The notes beneath the pieces are model-generated. The model was not told the DNA's origin. It did no database searches and saw only the letters and a list, made by a program, of their open reading frames with translations. Positions 45,901-56,500 of a stretch of DNA of 64,000 bases are shown here, one piece after another. Every line of letters starts with the position of its first letter. The first letter of the stretch is position 1. This DNA comes from a virus, in the IMG/VR virus record IMGVR_UViG_3300008952_002488, positions 107,927-171,926 of that record. The stretch is one strand, 5' to 3'. Both the position numbers and the translations under genes were made by a program.

Positions 45901-48900
45901 TATACAGAGAAGATAATCTAAAAATAAGCCCTGCGACAGAAGAGCAATTACGACAATTGAATGACGACGCTTCCGAGGTTCTAGTAGATATAGATTTGAC
46001 AGCACTACTTCAGGGTACAGCCCCGTCGGAAACTATCAATTTGTTGTATCGAACGTTCAATATGGGACCCATTGATTTAAATTCTATTGATACTTCTTTA
46101 AGAAGGCAAATAGAAAACAACCAAATAAAAGCTAAGTTCGCCAAGGCGATTGTAGGGGAATTTCAGGAGTCCGCAAGAGCGGGAGATACAAGATATGGAA
46201 GTCTTAATTTAGACAGAAGGAACATAAGGAAGTACTTTAAAAGACTGGGGCAGCTTCTCGGCGCAGAAGTTGTTCTTGGACTTGAAGAACAACTAGATCC
46301 AAAATTGGACCTTTGTGAAAGGGGAGATATTCTAGGGTATGGACTAGGAGCCGCTGTAGATATTGATTCTTTGAGTGAGGGCGAAGACGACGATGCTGTT
46401 GTTGCTGGCGGGTTATCAAAAAAACAAATATTAAAACAAATAAGGGGACAGATTGATAGCGATACGAGAAGAATTACCTCTTTGTGCGACCTGAACGCCA
46501 GCGATTTTGATTTTATAGCAGATGTGCAAAATTTTTGGGACCTAATTCCGTTTCCTGCGTTTTTCCTTAAATTATTGGGTATGATTCGAGGTTTGATGCA
46601 AAATGTTCTTCGTATGCAAGCAGAGGGAGCAGTAAAATACGGCATTCGGATTAAGTCGCAGGCTGAAGACGACGAGGCAGAATTAGATGCAAATAATCAA
46701 ATCAACCCAGTCCGTCCAGAAGATACGGAAGTAGGAAGATATTTTTATCGTTTCTGGGGTGGCGGCAGTAACGATGACCCCGGACTACAATTAGCCAGCA
46801 CGGTAAGAATGGTCGAGCGAAGCGATAGAGAGAATCAAGTAAGATCACCTAGATGGGTAGTGGGAACCCAAGATGCTAAATACAACGTCGCTCGTGGAGA
46901 AGTAGAGCTTGTATATATTCCAGGCGACCCCAGTTTATCTGGTTCTCCTAGAGGAACATGTAAGGTGGTTTTTAATCGCACAGTCGGCGTCCGAGGTCCC
47001 ATGACCGAAGGGCAAGAACGCTTGTTGCGGCAGGGAGGTATGTCGCAGCGGCGAATAAATCAGCTTAAATTCCCACCTTTATATGAGCCAGAGCGAGTTT
47101 TGGCAGAGTTTCACCTAGCTGAGGATAATCTCCCAGAATCTCAGTTGGCAAACTATTCAATTAAAAACCATCTTTCGAGAGTTGACCCATCTCATTTTGA
47201 CACAGCCCAGCGCACCAGGCTCAACAGATATATTAAAGCACTTCTTTATATGGGCTACGCCCCAGAACGGGGAGAACAAGAAATGCCGATTGGTGGTAGA
47301 GGCGGAGCACTCGGCGGAGCCAGACAAATTGCTCAAAGATATAACCTTGGAGAAGGGCGAAACCCATCAGACAAGGCTTGGGTGGATGTCCATGCGCTCG
47401 CTTATCCGACTGTAAATAATTATTATAACATACCTGATACTGTTGTCAAGGTTACATACGGATCACAAAGACGAGACCTTCAAAGAAGACTAACGGACAC
47501 TTTGATCCGAGCTTCTGTGCCTGTTTTTGGCCCCAACTCAGACCCTTGCAATTTACCAACAGAAGAATTTAAAGCCAGAACAGTCCTCAACATGTTTCAG
47601 GTAAGACTTATATCGTTCATAATGAACGGGTTGCCGTGGTTTAATAACGGTTATAGTTTGATGACGCCGGATACGATTAATATGTTAGGATCTTATTTAA
47701 GTAATAAGATCTTAAACGACCTGTATGAAAAAGACAGTCAAGGGTCAATCTCTATGCAAAAAATATGGGAAGGGGTTGAGATAATATCTAAAACATGCAC
47801 CCTATATGGGAACGAAACAGATGATGCCGGAAACCCATTGCCGCTCAAAGAAGATACAGAAGATGACAAAGTTGAGTTTAGATTTGATAATTTGTCTGAA
47901 CAAGACACCGGAACAGACTTGCCTGGGATGTTTCATTATATCATTAGGCAGATGTTAAAAAGAATGCTTCTGAATGTTTCTGCTGGATCAGCCATAACAG
48001 AAACATTAGATGGAGATGACCTAGAATTTCAAGGATATGTAACAACCAAGAGAAATTATTTTAAAATCGTCGAGGATAATGCGGGGGAAGAACTTGGGGG
48101 ACCTCTTTCTGGCTTTGGAGATAGATATAAGCTTTTGGCAAGATATCTGAAAAAAGGGTATACAAGAGAGAACCAGGGCGACCACATTTCTCTTGGTGGT
48201 TGGCTCACTTTGGGTGGAGGGAACCGTGAACAACTTGGGTTTAATAGACTAGAAGATGTCAGAAACATGTCTGACGAAGATTTTATAAACGAAAGGTATT
48301 TAGCTTATATGCCGATACCGCTACTTGTCGGTCTCCAGTACATCTATATTGATAAGGTTGTAAACATTACCCAAAACACCCCCAATCTAGCGTTCCAAGA
48401 AAGGACAAAAGTTCGAATGGCTGACATTCAAGCAATGCAATCCCTAGATCCAGAATATTTTCCTCCTGCGTTGTCTTCCGAATACACTGACTATGATTTA
48501 AAGAAGGAACTTAAAAGATCAGACAGTGTTCTAGCCGGTTCGAGGAATATCGAGGCAGACCAAAACGATGCTATAATGAAACCCTGGAAAGAAAGTGAGC
48601 GCCGGCAAAACCAAGAACAACAGCGCCAACAAGCTGAACGAGAACAGCAAGATATACGAGACCGGCAAAGAGTTGCTCGCCAAGAGGGAGAGCAACAAGA
48701 GCAACAAGAGCAAGAGCAACAAGAGCAACAAAACCAACCAGAACAGAGAGAACAACAAGAGCAACAACAAGAGCAGCAACAACAGCAAAGAGAAGACGAA
48801 CAACAACAAGAACAACAAGGCGGCCGCCAGCAGCCCCCGCCCCCACCGCCTCCACCACCGCCACGGTTGCCGCCGCCACAAGAAGATCCCGCACCGCCTC

Positions 48901-49790
48901 CACCGCCTCCCCGACGTTTGCCGCCCCCCTCTGACGTCGAGCCAGAAGCTCGTGAAATGCCGCCGCCTGGACCATCACCTTATCCTGTTACTATTGGCGG
49001 AAGAACATATAGAAGCTTAGACGAACTCCAAGCCAGGCACAGATACCTAACTCAAGTTAGAGATAAAACTCTAACACTAAAGAATTTGAAGCTTAATCTT
49101 CAGCGAAGGCTTGAGAGTATGGGCTCTTATTTAAATCAAGCCGAGGAAGCAAAAGGCGGCGCACCTTATGATCGATTTAGGATAAGCAACAGAGAGGCTA
49201 TGCGTGGAAAGTTGCAACAAATTATTCGCATTATTAACCAAAACACCTCTTTAAATATTTCTAATTATGGAGGCGCAGGAGGTAATAGTGAATATAATCC
49301 CGAAACGGATTTGAAAGTTAGAGGAGCAGACAGTATTACTAGCGCAGACTTTAGAGTTGGGGAAGCATACCACCAAGGTAGGCTTATTAATCGAACACAA
49401 GCTGTCGAAGGAAACAGAAAACTATGGGCATTCGTCTCCTTGATGGAGCAAGGATTTATGGCGCAATCAGGCGGCATGAGAGATACCGGCGACCTTATAT
49501 ATTATCAGAATCTCATTGCCGCTATTGAAAAATTCTGGGGAACCTTCGAGAGAACACCGCCAACCCGCCGCCTGTCAAGCAATTCGGAATATGCTATAAG
49601 ATCAAGGCAGAGAGTTGCTGAATCTGACAGCAACATCATAGGTATATTAGCAAATATATCGCTAAAAACAAGACAATTAGATCAATTAAATATAATGGTA
49701 GAGGAATACGGCACTTGGGATGTGAACAAGCGGCAGCGAATTGAGTCACTTATAGAACAGTTACGACTAGCTATAGAGGGAAGAACATAA
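42963..49790 (+). CDS. 2275-aa virion-associated protein with a LysM domain and a Gln/Glu- and Pro-rich insert
   Basis: LysM YVVKKGDWLSRIA...WIYPGDIVTLP (~43630-43820). Sits between the spike and gp25. Confidence 0.7.
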   Translation: MAENKQDKRDIVNPNPERYTSAVPQARRGPRPYRKKTLFGYEAGTIRDAVLEWRGVPQNWGKTTEGERRGLDYDYSSKRNKWFIGWLHETFKKGKDFPPMGNRVIERLWNENNGLNADNSFITINDLLAYAALYPQNAKVVMTASGTPNGKDNPRIGGYIIALVPLSSIEKAQTLKKVVKDVKRESPENKTALETVTTDDAQKPSNQTPEANDRGSLSTPLPVGKYVVKKGDWLSRIATRHDTTVAKILEIPQNSYIIGAPTDDQGRKRSENGHWIYPGDIVTLPSSVAVSRMPSVTPTVSKVRKKEYDIASEIPPGPNSGGGATLLEAPTPSVRSADRGVDLNSPWGNCPQIKPPATALEALMTTNNMVWQLPSQLKKIPRKVYYNSSDKSWYCVATTMARNPQAFDIANQEDDDAGVITGGNAYEWMKISTEEILKAADKYSEDNYNQIIREHNTDDSSVEIFFASHYGHPGRPQPIPAGTDVWLISTRIDDWILRRFDDDGSIGKEEDEPDPLVVSKAIMNLEVPARRAPFTISKLKTNLRNISKMLEATYAELANDGITPSMMEGVNLLEEAEHINTFYNKIETWTQNRNITISDSDRIEFLLTEEFTLQLIYYNGAVHKVSHEMYDDGSIDILPDPEFEGVWSVTFALVFFGEKITQIRRMRKSERPPATEFVTRFIYPSPIIRPTEIAAKKEKNLEENKYPSEPTGAALGSNSFGRSAPPENENPSFKTESEVQKEFDKRLARGKQFMGGYIGVLNNAGCESPLAKYLNDAFLLFQLMGGKCSFKELVATVLRLIKEDIMISKQQEQLLLLGAGYTDNPDLLWKQIESQINQEIMCLFGLLGDILENEVLDPGGVPPEVTKLVKAGLTPPRGINFTSISIPDLAKIWREMIKMLVLEFIKQLILSAFKELLLASAGCGGQTVVDSSKGPKKRSGASAANFAPSRYNAININELVDYKGIDLEEMAAELNLYNTLYREDNLKISPATEEQLRQLNDDASEVLVDIDLTALLQGTAPSETINLLYRTFNMGPIDLNSIDTSLRRQIENNQIKAKFAKAIVGEFQESARAGDTRYGSLNLDRRNIRKYFKRLGQLLGAEVVLGLEEQLDPKLDLCERGDILGYGLGAAVDIDSLSEGEDDDAVVAGGLSKKQILKQIRGQIDSDTRRITSLCDLNASDFDFIADVQNFWDLIPFPAFFLKLLGMIRGLMQNVLRMQAEGAVKYGIRIKSQAEDDEAELDANNQINPVRPEDTEVGRYFYRFWGGGSNDDPGLQLASTVRMVERSDRENQVRSPRWVVGTQDAKYNVARGEVELVYIPGDPSLSGSPRGTCKVVFNRTVGVRGPMTEGQERLLRQGGMSQRRINQLKFPPLYEPERVLAEFHLAEDNLPESQLANYSIKNHLSRVDPSHFDTAQRTRLNRYIKALLYMGYAPERGEQEMPIGGRGGALGGARQIAQRYNLGEGRNPSDKAWVDVHALAYPTVNNYYNIPDTVVKVTYGSQRRDLQRRLTDTLIRASVPVFGPNSDPCNLPTEEFKARTVLNMFQVRLISFIMNGLPWFNNGYSLMTPDTINMLGSYLSNKILNDLYEKDSQGSISMQKIWEGVEIISKTCTLYGNETDDAGNPLPLKEDTEDDKVEFRFDNLSEQDTGTDLPGMFHYIIRQMLKRMLLNVSAGSAITETLDGDDLEFQGYVTTKRNYFKIVEDNAGEELGGPLSGFGDRYKLLARYLKKGYTRENQGDHISLGGWLTLGGGNREQLGFNRLEDVRNMSDEDFINERYLAYMPIPLLVGLQYIYIDKVVNITQNTPNLAFQERTKVRMADIQAMQSLDPEYFPPALSSEYTDYDLKKELKRSDSVLAGSRNIEADQNDAIMKPWKESERRQNQEQQRQQAEREQQDIRDRQRVARQEGEQQEQQEQEQQEQQNQPEQREQQEQQQEQQQQQREDEQQQEQQGGRQQPPPPPPPPPPRLPPPQEDPAPPPPPPRRLPPPSDVEPEAREMPPPGPSPYPVTIGGRTYRSLDELQARHRYLTQVRDKTLTLKNLKLNLQRRLESMGSYLNQAEEAKGGAPYDRFRISNREAMRGKLQQIIRIINQNTSLNISNYGGAGGNSEYNPETDLKVRGADSITSADFRVGEAYHQGRLINRTQAVEGNRKLWAFVSLMEQGFMAQSGGMRDTGDLIYYQNLIAAIEKFWGTFERTPPTRRLSSNSEYAIRSRQRVAESDSNIIGILANISLKTRQLDQLNIMVEEYGTWDVNKRQRIESLIEQLRLAIEGRT
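48600..48990 (+). repeat. Low-complexity coding tract: CAACAAGAG-like (QQE) repeats then CCN-rich poly-Pro
   Basis: Directly visible; the Pro segment is locally GC-rich. Confidence 0.85.
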
Positions 49791-49791
49791 A

Positions 49792-50196
49792 ATGGCAAAC
49801 AAAATGTATGGAATATCGGTTGCACTTCCGCTTGAGTATGATTCAGTAGATGGGCCTTACCGCCTAAACAAGACGCTGAAAGATGTTGTTAAACAAAATC
49901 TAAAAAATCTTATTCTAACTTCTCCCGGCGAAAGAATAATGATACCAGATTTTGGTGCAGGGATCAGAGAACTGTTTTTTGAGCCTTATAATTCTAACAC
50001 ATTTTCTGAAGCCAGGGCAAGAATCATGTCACAAATAGCAAGATATATGCCTTTCGTTAATGTGGTTAATTTCAATGTTATAACTTCGAACGACGATCCA
50101 GATTTAACCGCAAATGGTGTTCGTATGATACTGCAATACAACATTGGCTCTATTGATGAGAATGATACCTTGATAATAACTCAGGCGAATGACTAA
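49792..50196 (+). CDS. Baseplate wedge protein, gp25/GPW family
   Basis: QNLKNLILTSPGERIMIPDFGAGIRELFFE. Confidence 0.92.
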   Translation: MANKMYGISVALPLEYDSVDGPYRLNKTLKDVVKQNLKNLILTSPGERIMIPDFGAGIRELFFEPYNSNTFSEARARIMSQIARYMPFVNVVNFNVITSNDDPDLTANGVRMILQYNIGSIDENDTLIITQAND

Positions 50197-50222
50197 TTAT
50201 TGAAGCAATCTGAGGAATAAAA

Positions 50223-52016
50223 ATGTCCAAACGACCAATCTCATATACGAGCCGAGATTTTGAGAGCATCAAAAACTCGTTAGTAAACTACGCAAAACGT
50301 TATTATGCCAACACATATCAAGATTTTAATGAGGCATCTTTTGGTGCCATGATGCTTGATCTTGTCTCCTACGTCGGCGACCAACTTTCGTTCTATACGG
50401 ACTATCAGGCAAACGAAAGCTTTCTTGACACTGCGATGGAAATTGAAAATGTTAACAGATTAGCAAAACAACTAGGATACCGCCAGACAGGAACTCCTTC
50501 TTCCACAGGTCCTTGTAATTTTTATGTTATAGTCCCAGCGTCAACCACTGTTGGCGGACCTGACACTGACTACATTCCGATATTAAAGAGAGGAACTATT
50601 ATTTCAGGAGATGGCGGCGGAGTTTTTACTTTACTTCAGGACGTAGATTTTACTGCGGCTAATAATGAAATCACAGTAGCAAGAGTAGATTCAGATACTG
50701 GTGTGCCTACCTTTTTTGCAATAAAGGGGCAAGGGATTGTTGCCTCGGGGCAAATTCTTCTAGAAGATATAGAGGTGGAAAATTATCAAAGATTTCTTCG
50801 ACTAAGAATGAAAGCTTCAAATCTCACAGAAGTCATCTCAATAGTAGATACTCAAGGAAATGAATATTATCAAGTAGATTATCTAACACAAGATGTTGTC
50901 ATGGTAAAAGAACCAAACAGAGGAACAAATAGAGATTTAGTTCCTTTTATAATGAAAACAAGACCAGTTCCCAGAAGGTTTGTTACCGAATTTGATGCTG
51001 ACGGAAATACTTTTATCCAATTTGGGTACGGGTCTTCCGATAATTTAACTGGTGATTTAGTGGCAGATCCTGCCGATGTTGTTTTGGATGTCACAGGGAG
51101 AGAATATATCTCCGACACAACTTTTGATCCAACAAACTTAATTAAGTCAGATAAATTTGGAGTTGTGCCTGAAAACACAACACTAACTATAAAATACAGA
51201 GCAAACAGCACAGACAACGTTAGTGCCCCTGTTGGAACCGTTAATAGTGTTGTTTTGCCTTTGTTTACTTTTGCAAACAGGAACGACCTAACCAGAGAAA
51301 AAGTTACTGATGTTGAGGCTTCTTTGGAAGTTGAGAATGTTTTGCCACTTCTTGGGGACACTTCGGACCCAACAGCCGAAGAGATAAAGACTCGTGCTTA
51401 TGCAACTTTTGCTTCCCAAAATAGGGCAGTAACAAGAACAGACTACATTGCTTTATCTTATCGTATGCCGTCAGGATTTGGCAAAGTTAAACGAGCAAAC
51501 ATAACACAAGACCCCAGGTCAACAAAAAGAAACTTAAACATGTATGTTCTTTCGGAAAATACGAATGGGGACTTTACCCAGGCTACACCTCAGTTAAAAA
51601 ATAACCTTAAAGTGTGGCTAGATAGATATCGCATGATAAATGATACGGTTGATATTTTAGATGGAAAGATAATAAATTTTGGGGTTAGTTTTGAGATTAT
51701 TGTAGATCTGAACTCCAATAAATTTGAAGTGTTAAATGCCTGCACACGAAGGTTGATAGATAAGTTATTTAACGTTAAAAAGCAGATGGGCGAACCAGTA
51801 TTTTTGACAGACATATACAAGCACCTAAATGATGTTGGAGGGGTTGTCGATACGGTCTCGGTAAAACTGACAAACAAAGTTGGCGGAGGGTATAGCGACT
51901 TTAGGTATGACATGGAAAAAAACCTTTCAGATGACGGCAGATTTCTGATAATACCTCAGAATGCGGTAGCAGACGTTCTTAATCCAGAAAATGATATTAC
52001 GGGAGTTGTTAGATAA
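50223..52016 (+). CDS. Baseplate wedge protein, T4 gp6 / baseplate J-like
   Basis: YTSRDFESIK..L; DFNEAS; ESFLDTA; LGY; SQNRAVTRTDY. Confidence 0.9.
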   Translation: MSKRPISYTSRDFESIKNSLVNYAKRYYANTYQDFNEASFGAMMLDLVSYVGDQLSFYTDYQANESFLDTAMEIENVNRLAKQLGYRQTGTPSSTGPCNFYVIVPASTTVGGPDTDYIPILKRGTIISGDGGGVFTLLQDVDFTAANNEITVARVDSDTGVPTFFAIKGQGIVASGQILLEDIEVENYQRFLRLRMKASNLTEVISIVDTQGNEYYQVDYLTQDVVMVKEPNRGTNRDLVPFIMKTRPVPRRFVTEFDADGNTFIQFGYGSSDNLTGDLVADPADVVLDVTGREYISDTTFDPTNLIKSDKFGVVPENTTLTIKYRANSTDNVSAPVGTVNSVVLPLFTFANRNDLTREKVTDVEASLEVENVLPLLGDTSDPTAEEIKTRAYATFASQNRAVTRTDYIALSYRMPSGFGKVKRANITQDPRSTKRNLNMYVLSENTNGDFTQATPQLKNNLKVWLDRYRMINDTVDILDGKIINFGVSFEIIVDLNSNKFEVLNACTRRLIDKLFNVKKQMGEPVFLTDIYKHLNDVGGVVDTVSVKLTNKVGGGYSDFRYDMEKNLSDDGRFLIIPQNAVADVLNPENDITGVVR

Positions 52017-53509
52017 TGGGAATTAAAAGATATTACGCCACCAAAGATAACACTATTACCAATGCTTTTGAGGAAAATCTCTTGACTCGTGGTACGGGCT
52101 CTAACATGGGGGCGTCCGATATATTAGAAACATTCGTTATTCATGGGCAGACTTCTGCTTCTATTAATGCAACTAACGCCGAACAGGCAAGAATATTAGT
52201 TCAATTTCCTATTGATTCTATTGTATCAGACATATCTGACGGCACCATTCCGTCATCCAGTGTCCAATATAGACTGAAGATGTTTAATGCCCCTCATGCC
52301 GAAAGTGTTCCTTATGCTTACACATTAAAGGTATCAATGATGAGCAAGTCTTGGACAGAAGGTCGTGGACTTGATATGGATAATTATACTGATGCTGGAG
52401 TTAGTAACTGGGTTTCTGGGGCCGACGGAACAGCCTGGCTAGTAGCAGGCGGAGATTATTATATCAATAGTAGCAGCTACTCTTCCAGTGTCTACTTTTC
52501 TGGTGGTTTAGAAGATATTGATATGGATGTATCGTTCGCTGTCGATTTGTGGCGAACTGATGGCATCGGCACCGCTTCAAATTACGGACTTATATTAAGA
52601 CACGAAGATTCGGTAATTTCGGGTAGTTCAGGATCTTTTTATACGAAAAAGTTTTTTGGAAGAACAAGCGACTATTTCCACAAGAGACCTTATATCGAAG
52701 CCAGTTGGGACTCATCAAGAAAAGACCACAGAGGGCAGTGCTTTATTTCTAGTGCGTTAGCTCCATCCTCTGATAATGTAAACACTATTTACCTCTATAA
52801 CAGAATCCGTGGACAGTTAAAAAACATCCCCAGCCTTGTTGGCACAGAACAAAAAATATATGTCAGCTTTTTTAGTAGTAGTAATGACAACTTGCCAGCA
52901 GGACACAGACTACACGTTTTAGATTCAGCCGGGGCTGTACAACAAGAAATAACGGGCGGTATTTTGGTTGAAAATGGCGCAGCGCACACTGGTATTTACA
53001 GTTGTTCGTTTGTTATTACTGGTTCTTTAGAAACTGTTCATGATATGTGGCACTCTGGATCAACAGAATATTTCACGGGGTCAATAGATTTAACAGGTTT
53101 AACAGCAAGTTTTCTGCAATATGAGAAACAATATATTTCGGACATAACAAATCTTCAAAGTTCCTACGTTAAGGGTCAAAAACCAACATTTCGAGTTTAC
53201 GCACGAGAGAAAAATTGGAATCCGAACATTTATAGCGTAGCTAATTCGGCACCGCCTTCTGAAATTATCGAAGATGCATACTGGAAATTGTTTAGGGTTG
53301 TTGACAGTATGGAAATAGTCTCTTATGGTACAGGGTCGTTCAATGAGACAAAAATGTCGTATGATGTTAGTGGAAATTATTTCGAAATAGACACGCAGTG
53401 GTTGGAGCCCGGCTATGCTTATGGTTTACAATTTGTATATTACCTTGAGGGTAAATACAGAGAACAACCCGAAGTATTTAAGTTTAGGGTAGATGAAGAA
53501 GCCCCATGA
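52016..53509 (+). CDS. Virion structural (baseplate-region) protein
   Basis: Coupled to gp6 (TAATG). Beta-rich, with many [S/T]GS motifs. Confidence 0.65.
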   Translation: MGIKRYYATKDNTITNAFEENLLTRGTGSNMGASDILETFVIHGQTSASINATNAEQARILVQFPIDSIVSDISDGTIPSSSVQYRLKMFNAPHAESVPYAYTLKVSMMSKSWTEGRGLDMDNYTDAGVSNWVSGADGTAWLVAGGDYYINSSSYSSSVYFSGGLEDIDMDVSFAVDLWRTDGIGTASNYGLILRHEDSVISGSSGSFYTKKFFGRTSDYFHKRPYIEASWDSSRKDHRGQCFISSALAPSSDNVNTIYLYNRIRGQLKNIPSLVGTEQKIYVSFFSSSNDNLPAGHRLHVLDSAGAVQQEITGGILVENGAAHTGIYSCSFVITGSLETVHDMWHSGSTEYFTGSIDLTGLTASFLQYEKQYISDITNLQSSYVKGQKPTFRVYAREKNWNPNIYSVANSAPPSEIIEDAYWKLFRVVDSMEIVSYGTGSFNETKMSYDVSGNYFEIDTQWLEPGYAYGLQFVYYLEGKYREQPEVFKFRVDEEAP

Positions 53510-56500
53510 GCATAAAAAAGTTATTTCAACAAAATAGCACAGGAGAGGTCGTCGGCAAATATCTTGCCAAGAGCGCCGCCGGTACTCTAAGTGGAGGCAT
53601 AGAATCTGCACATCATTTAAGCGAGAGCATCAAAAGACGTGATGCATTTATTCCTCCTTTGGATTATGGAAATCCTGAAGAATTTGCAAAATATGGTTCC
53701 GCAGAAAAATATTACGAAAATGCTTTTAACTATATTACGAACAACTACCCATATGACGGATCAAAGTACGAAAAAGAAAAGTTTTATAACGAATTAAATC
53801 CGTTAGAAAAATATATTTTAGATGAAAGATACCCTAAGTCAACAGGGTTCGTCAGTCTTGGTACGGCATACGGCACACCAGTGTCAAAAAGCTCTCACTA
53901 TTACACTCCCGGTAGCAAAACAGAGTATATTCAAATCAAGGGTGGTCCGCACTCTGGAACACTTTTCTCTACTAAATATAGGCAAAACAACCTAGAATTT
54001 GGTGGACCAAGTGGTTCCACTGTCGAGTTCTTCCTATCAAAGTCGGCAATCCCTGGAGACCCTGGCACCGACACCCAATCTCCAATACAGGTTGTTTTTG
54101 ACCTGTGGAATGGGGTTAGGACAGGATCTGTCGAAAGCGATGTAACAAATGGGTGTTTCGGAAATCTTCGAATTGAACTTTCTAAAAGCTTAGAGGATCG
54201 ATTTTTGGTCACGATGCTTTCGGGCACAACTGGCTATGTGACACAATCCATTCCAACAACCGGCGGTGTTGGAAAATACATCACTGGAAGCGGCTGGAAT
54301 CATTTTTCGTTTGTTTTTAATACTTCAGGAACTACGCCCGCAATTGACTTCTATATTAATGGAGCTTGCCACGAATCAAACATAACCGCTAGTGGACATC
54401 AAGCAGGTCAAATTAGCCTGGTTACGGGCTCAATGATAGGTAACATTGGTGCCCTCCGTAATCCGCCCTCCGGAACAAAAGATCCGCTCGAAGGGTATGG
54501 AAAATTATCAGCATCTTTAGATGAATTCAGGTTCTGGAAATCAGCCAGAACGGGACAGCAAGTCGGAAGGTATTGGTTTTCCCATGTACACGGCGGCACA
54601 AATACACAAGATGCCAATGTTGATCTAGGTGTTTATTATAAGTTTAACGAAGGGGTTACAGGAACAAGTAGTGTTGATAATTTAGTACTAGATTACTCAG
54701 GAAGAATTTCCAATGGTACTTGGACGGGATATGCTGCCGGTGCAAGAAACACAGGTTCCGCAATAACCCAACAGTCTTTGACGTCTTCTGTTGACTCTAG
54801 GACAGAACCCGAGGATCCCATTGTTATCCCCTCTGCTTCTACTATGACAGTTAGAAAGGAAGAATTGACCGATCTTGGTCGGCAGTACGACTATGGAAAC
54901 TCTTCTTATATTTTAAATACATTGCCGGCATGGATTACAGAAGAAGATGCAAATTCTGGAGACGAGCTTAAAAATGTATCACAAGTAATCGCAAATTATT
55001 TTGATACTTTACATGCACAAATCTCACAACTAACAAAGATTAAAGACATGCGCTATTTGAGCGGTAGTTCGACTGGTAGCATAAATGAATTTCCTTACAA
55101 TGATCGTGTCTTGGAGAGTTTGGGTTTTGAGGCACCAGAATTGTTTGCTAATGCAAGCCTTTTGGCACAGTTCTTAAAACGAGACGAAGACATAAATTTT
55201 GAACAAGATTTAAGTTCCGTAAAGAACACAATCTACAAAAACTTATATAATAACATTACTCATATTTTTAAATCCAAAGGCAACGAAAAGGCGGTACGAA
55301 ATTTTATACGTTGTTTTGGAATAGATGAAGAAATACTTCACTTAAACATGTATAGTTCAAATTCCGACTATAAATTAAGTACGAATTATAGAGCAGATGT
55401 TAGTAATAAAAAATATGCAGATTTTACGGGACTAATAGACCAGTCTTCCTCCGCAGCTACAATATATCAATATCCCAATCCAGATTTGCCCGAATCATAT
55501 GGGATTATAAGCGGCAGTAGCGGAAGCCTTTCTTTGTTGGAATTTGGGTTTACAGCGGAATGCGAGTTCGTGTTCCCAAATAAAATACATGTGGATAAAC
55601 TCGATTATACTCCACGCCAGGTGTCTACTTCATCTTTGTTTGGGTGGCACACACCAAAAGATATTCTATCATCATCTACGGATACAACTTGGTGGGGACC
55701 CCACTATGACTCTGGGTTACAAGTTGTAGCAATTAAGTCAGCGTCCCTAATGGCAGAGGTAGAGTCCCCAATTGACGAAGTAAGGGACGCTTTCTTTAAA
55801 GTTTTAGACAGGCATAACAATGTTCTGCTTACTTCTTCTGTTTTTACAAACGTTTATGACAATCAAAAATGGAATATTTCATTAACGGTTGCTCCAAAAG
55901 ATTTTCCGTTCGCACAGAATTCAGCGTCGTTGGCTGATATTTCGGAAGGCTACGACCTTAAATTCTATGCTGTAAATTATGACTCTGGGATACAAAGAAA
56001 TAGCTTTTATACCACAGCATCTCTGACATATAAATCAGGATCAGATATTGTATCCTCTGCAAAAAGATTTTATGTTGGTGCTCGTAGGACAAATTTCACT
56101 GGATCGTTGTTGACTGCAAGTGATGTTAGGGCTTCTAGTCTTCGTTATTGGACCGATGTTCTTCCGACCGGAACCATTGATCTACACTCCAGAGAAGTCG
56201 ATAGTTACGGAAGACTCCACCCCACCAGAAATTCTTATCTGTTCCAGACATACAATCCCTCTGTTTACATTCCGCAAATAGACACCCTTGCTTTAAACTG
56301 GGATTTTGCAGATGTTACAGGTAGTGATCCAAGCGGTCGATTCAACGTGTCAGATTTTTCTTCTGGTTCGCTCGCATCAGGTTCTCGTGGAAGTTTATAT
56401 CAGGAATCCCCTCAGCACATAAGTTACAGATTTCATACTGGTCGAGGAGATTTCTTCCCAACCTCTTCAGCCCCTATAAGAAAAGAATTTGTATATACTG

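Noticed and set aside
48531-49020. Leu/Val-rich antisense ORFs and an Asn/Lys-rich alternative-frame ORF
   Set aside because: These are shadows of the Gln/Glu/Pro low-complexity tract in the 2275-aa gene.
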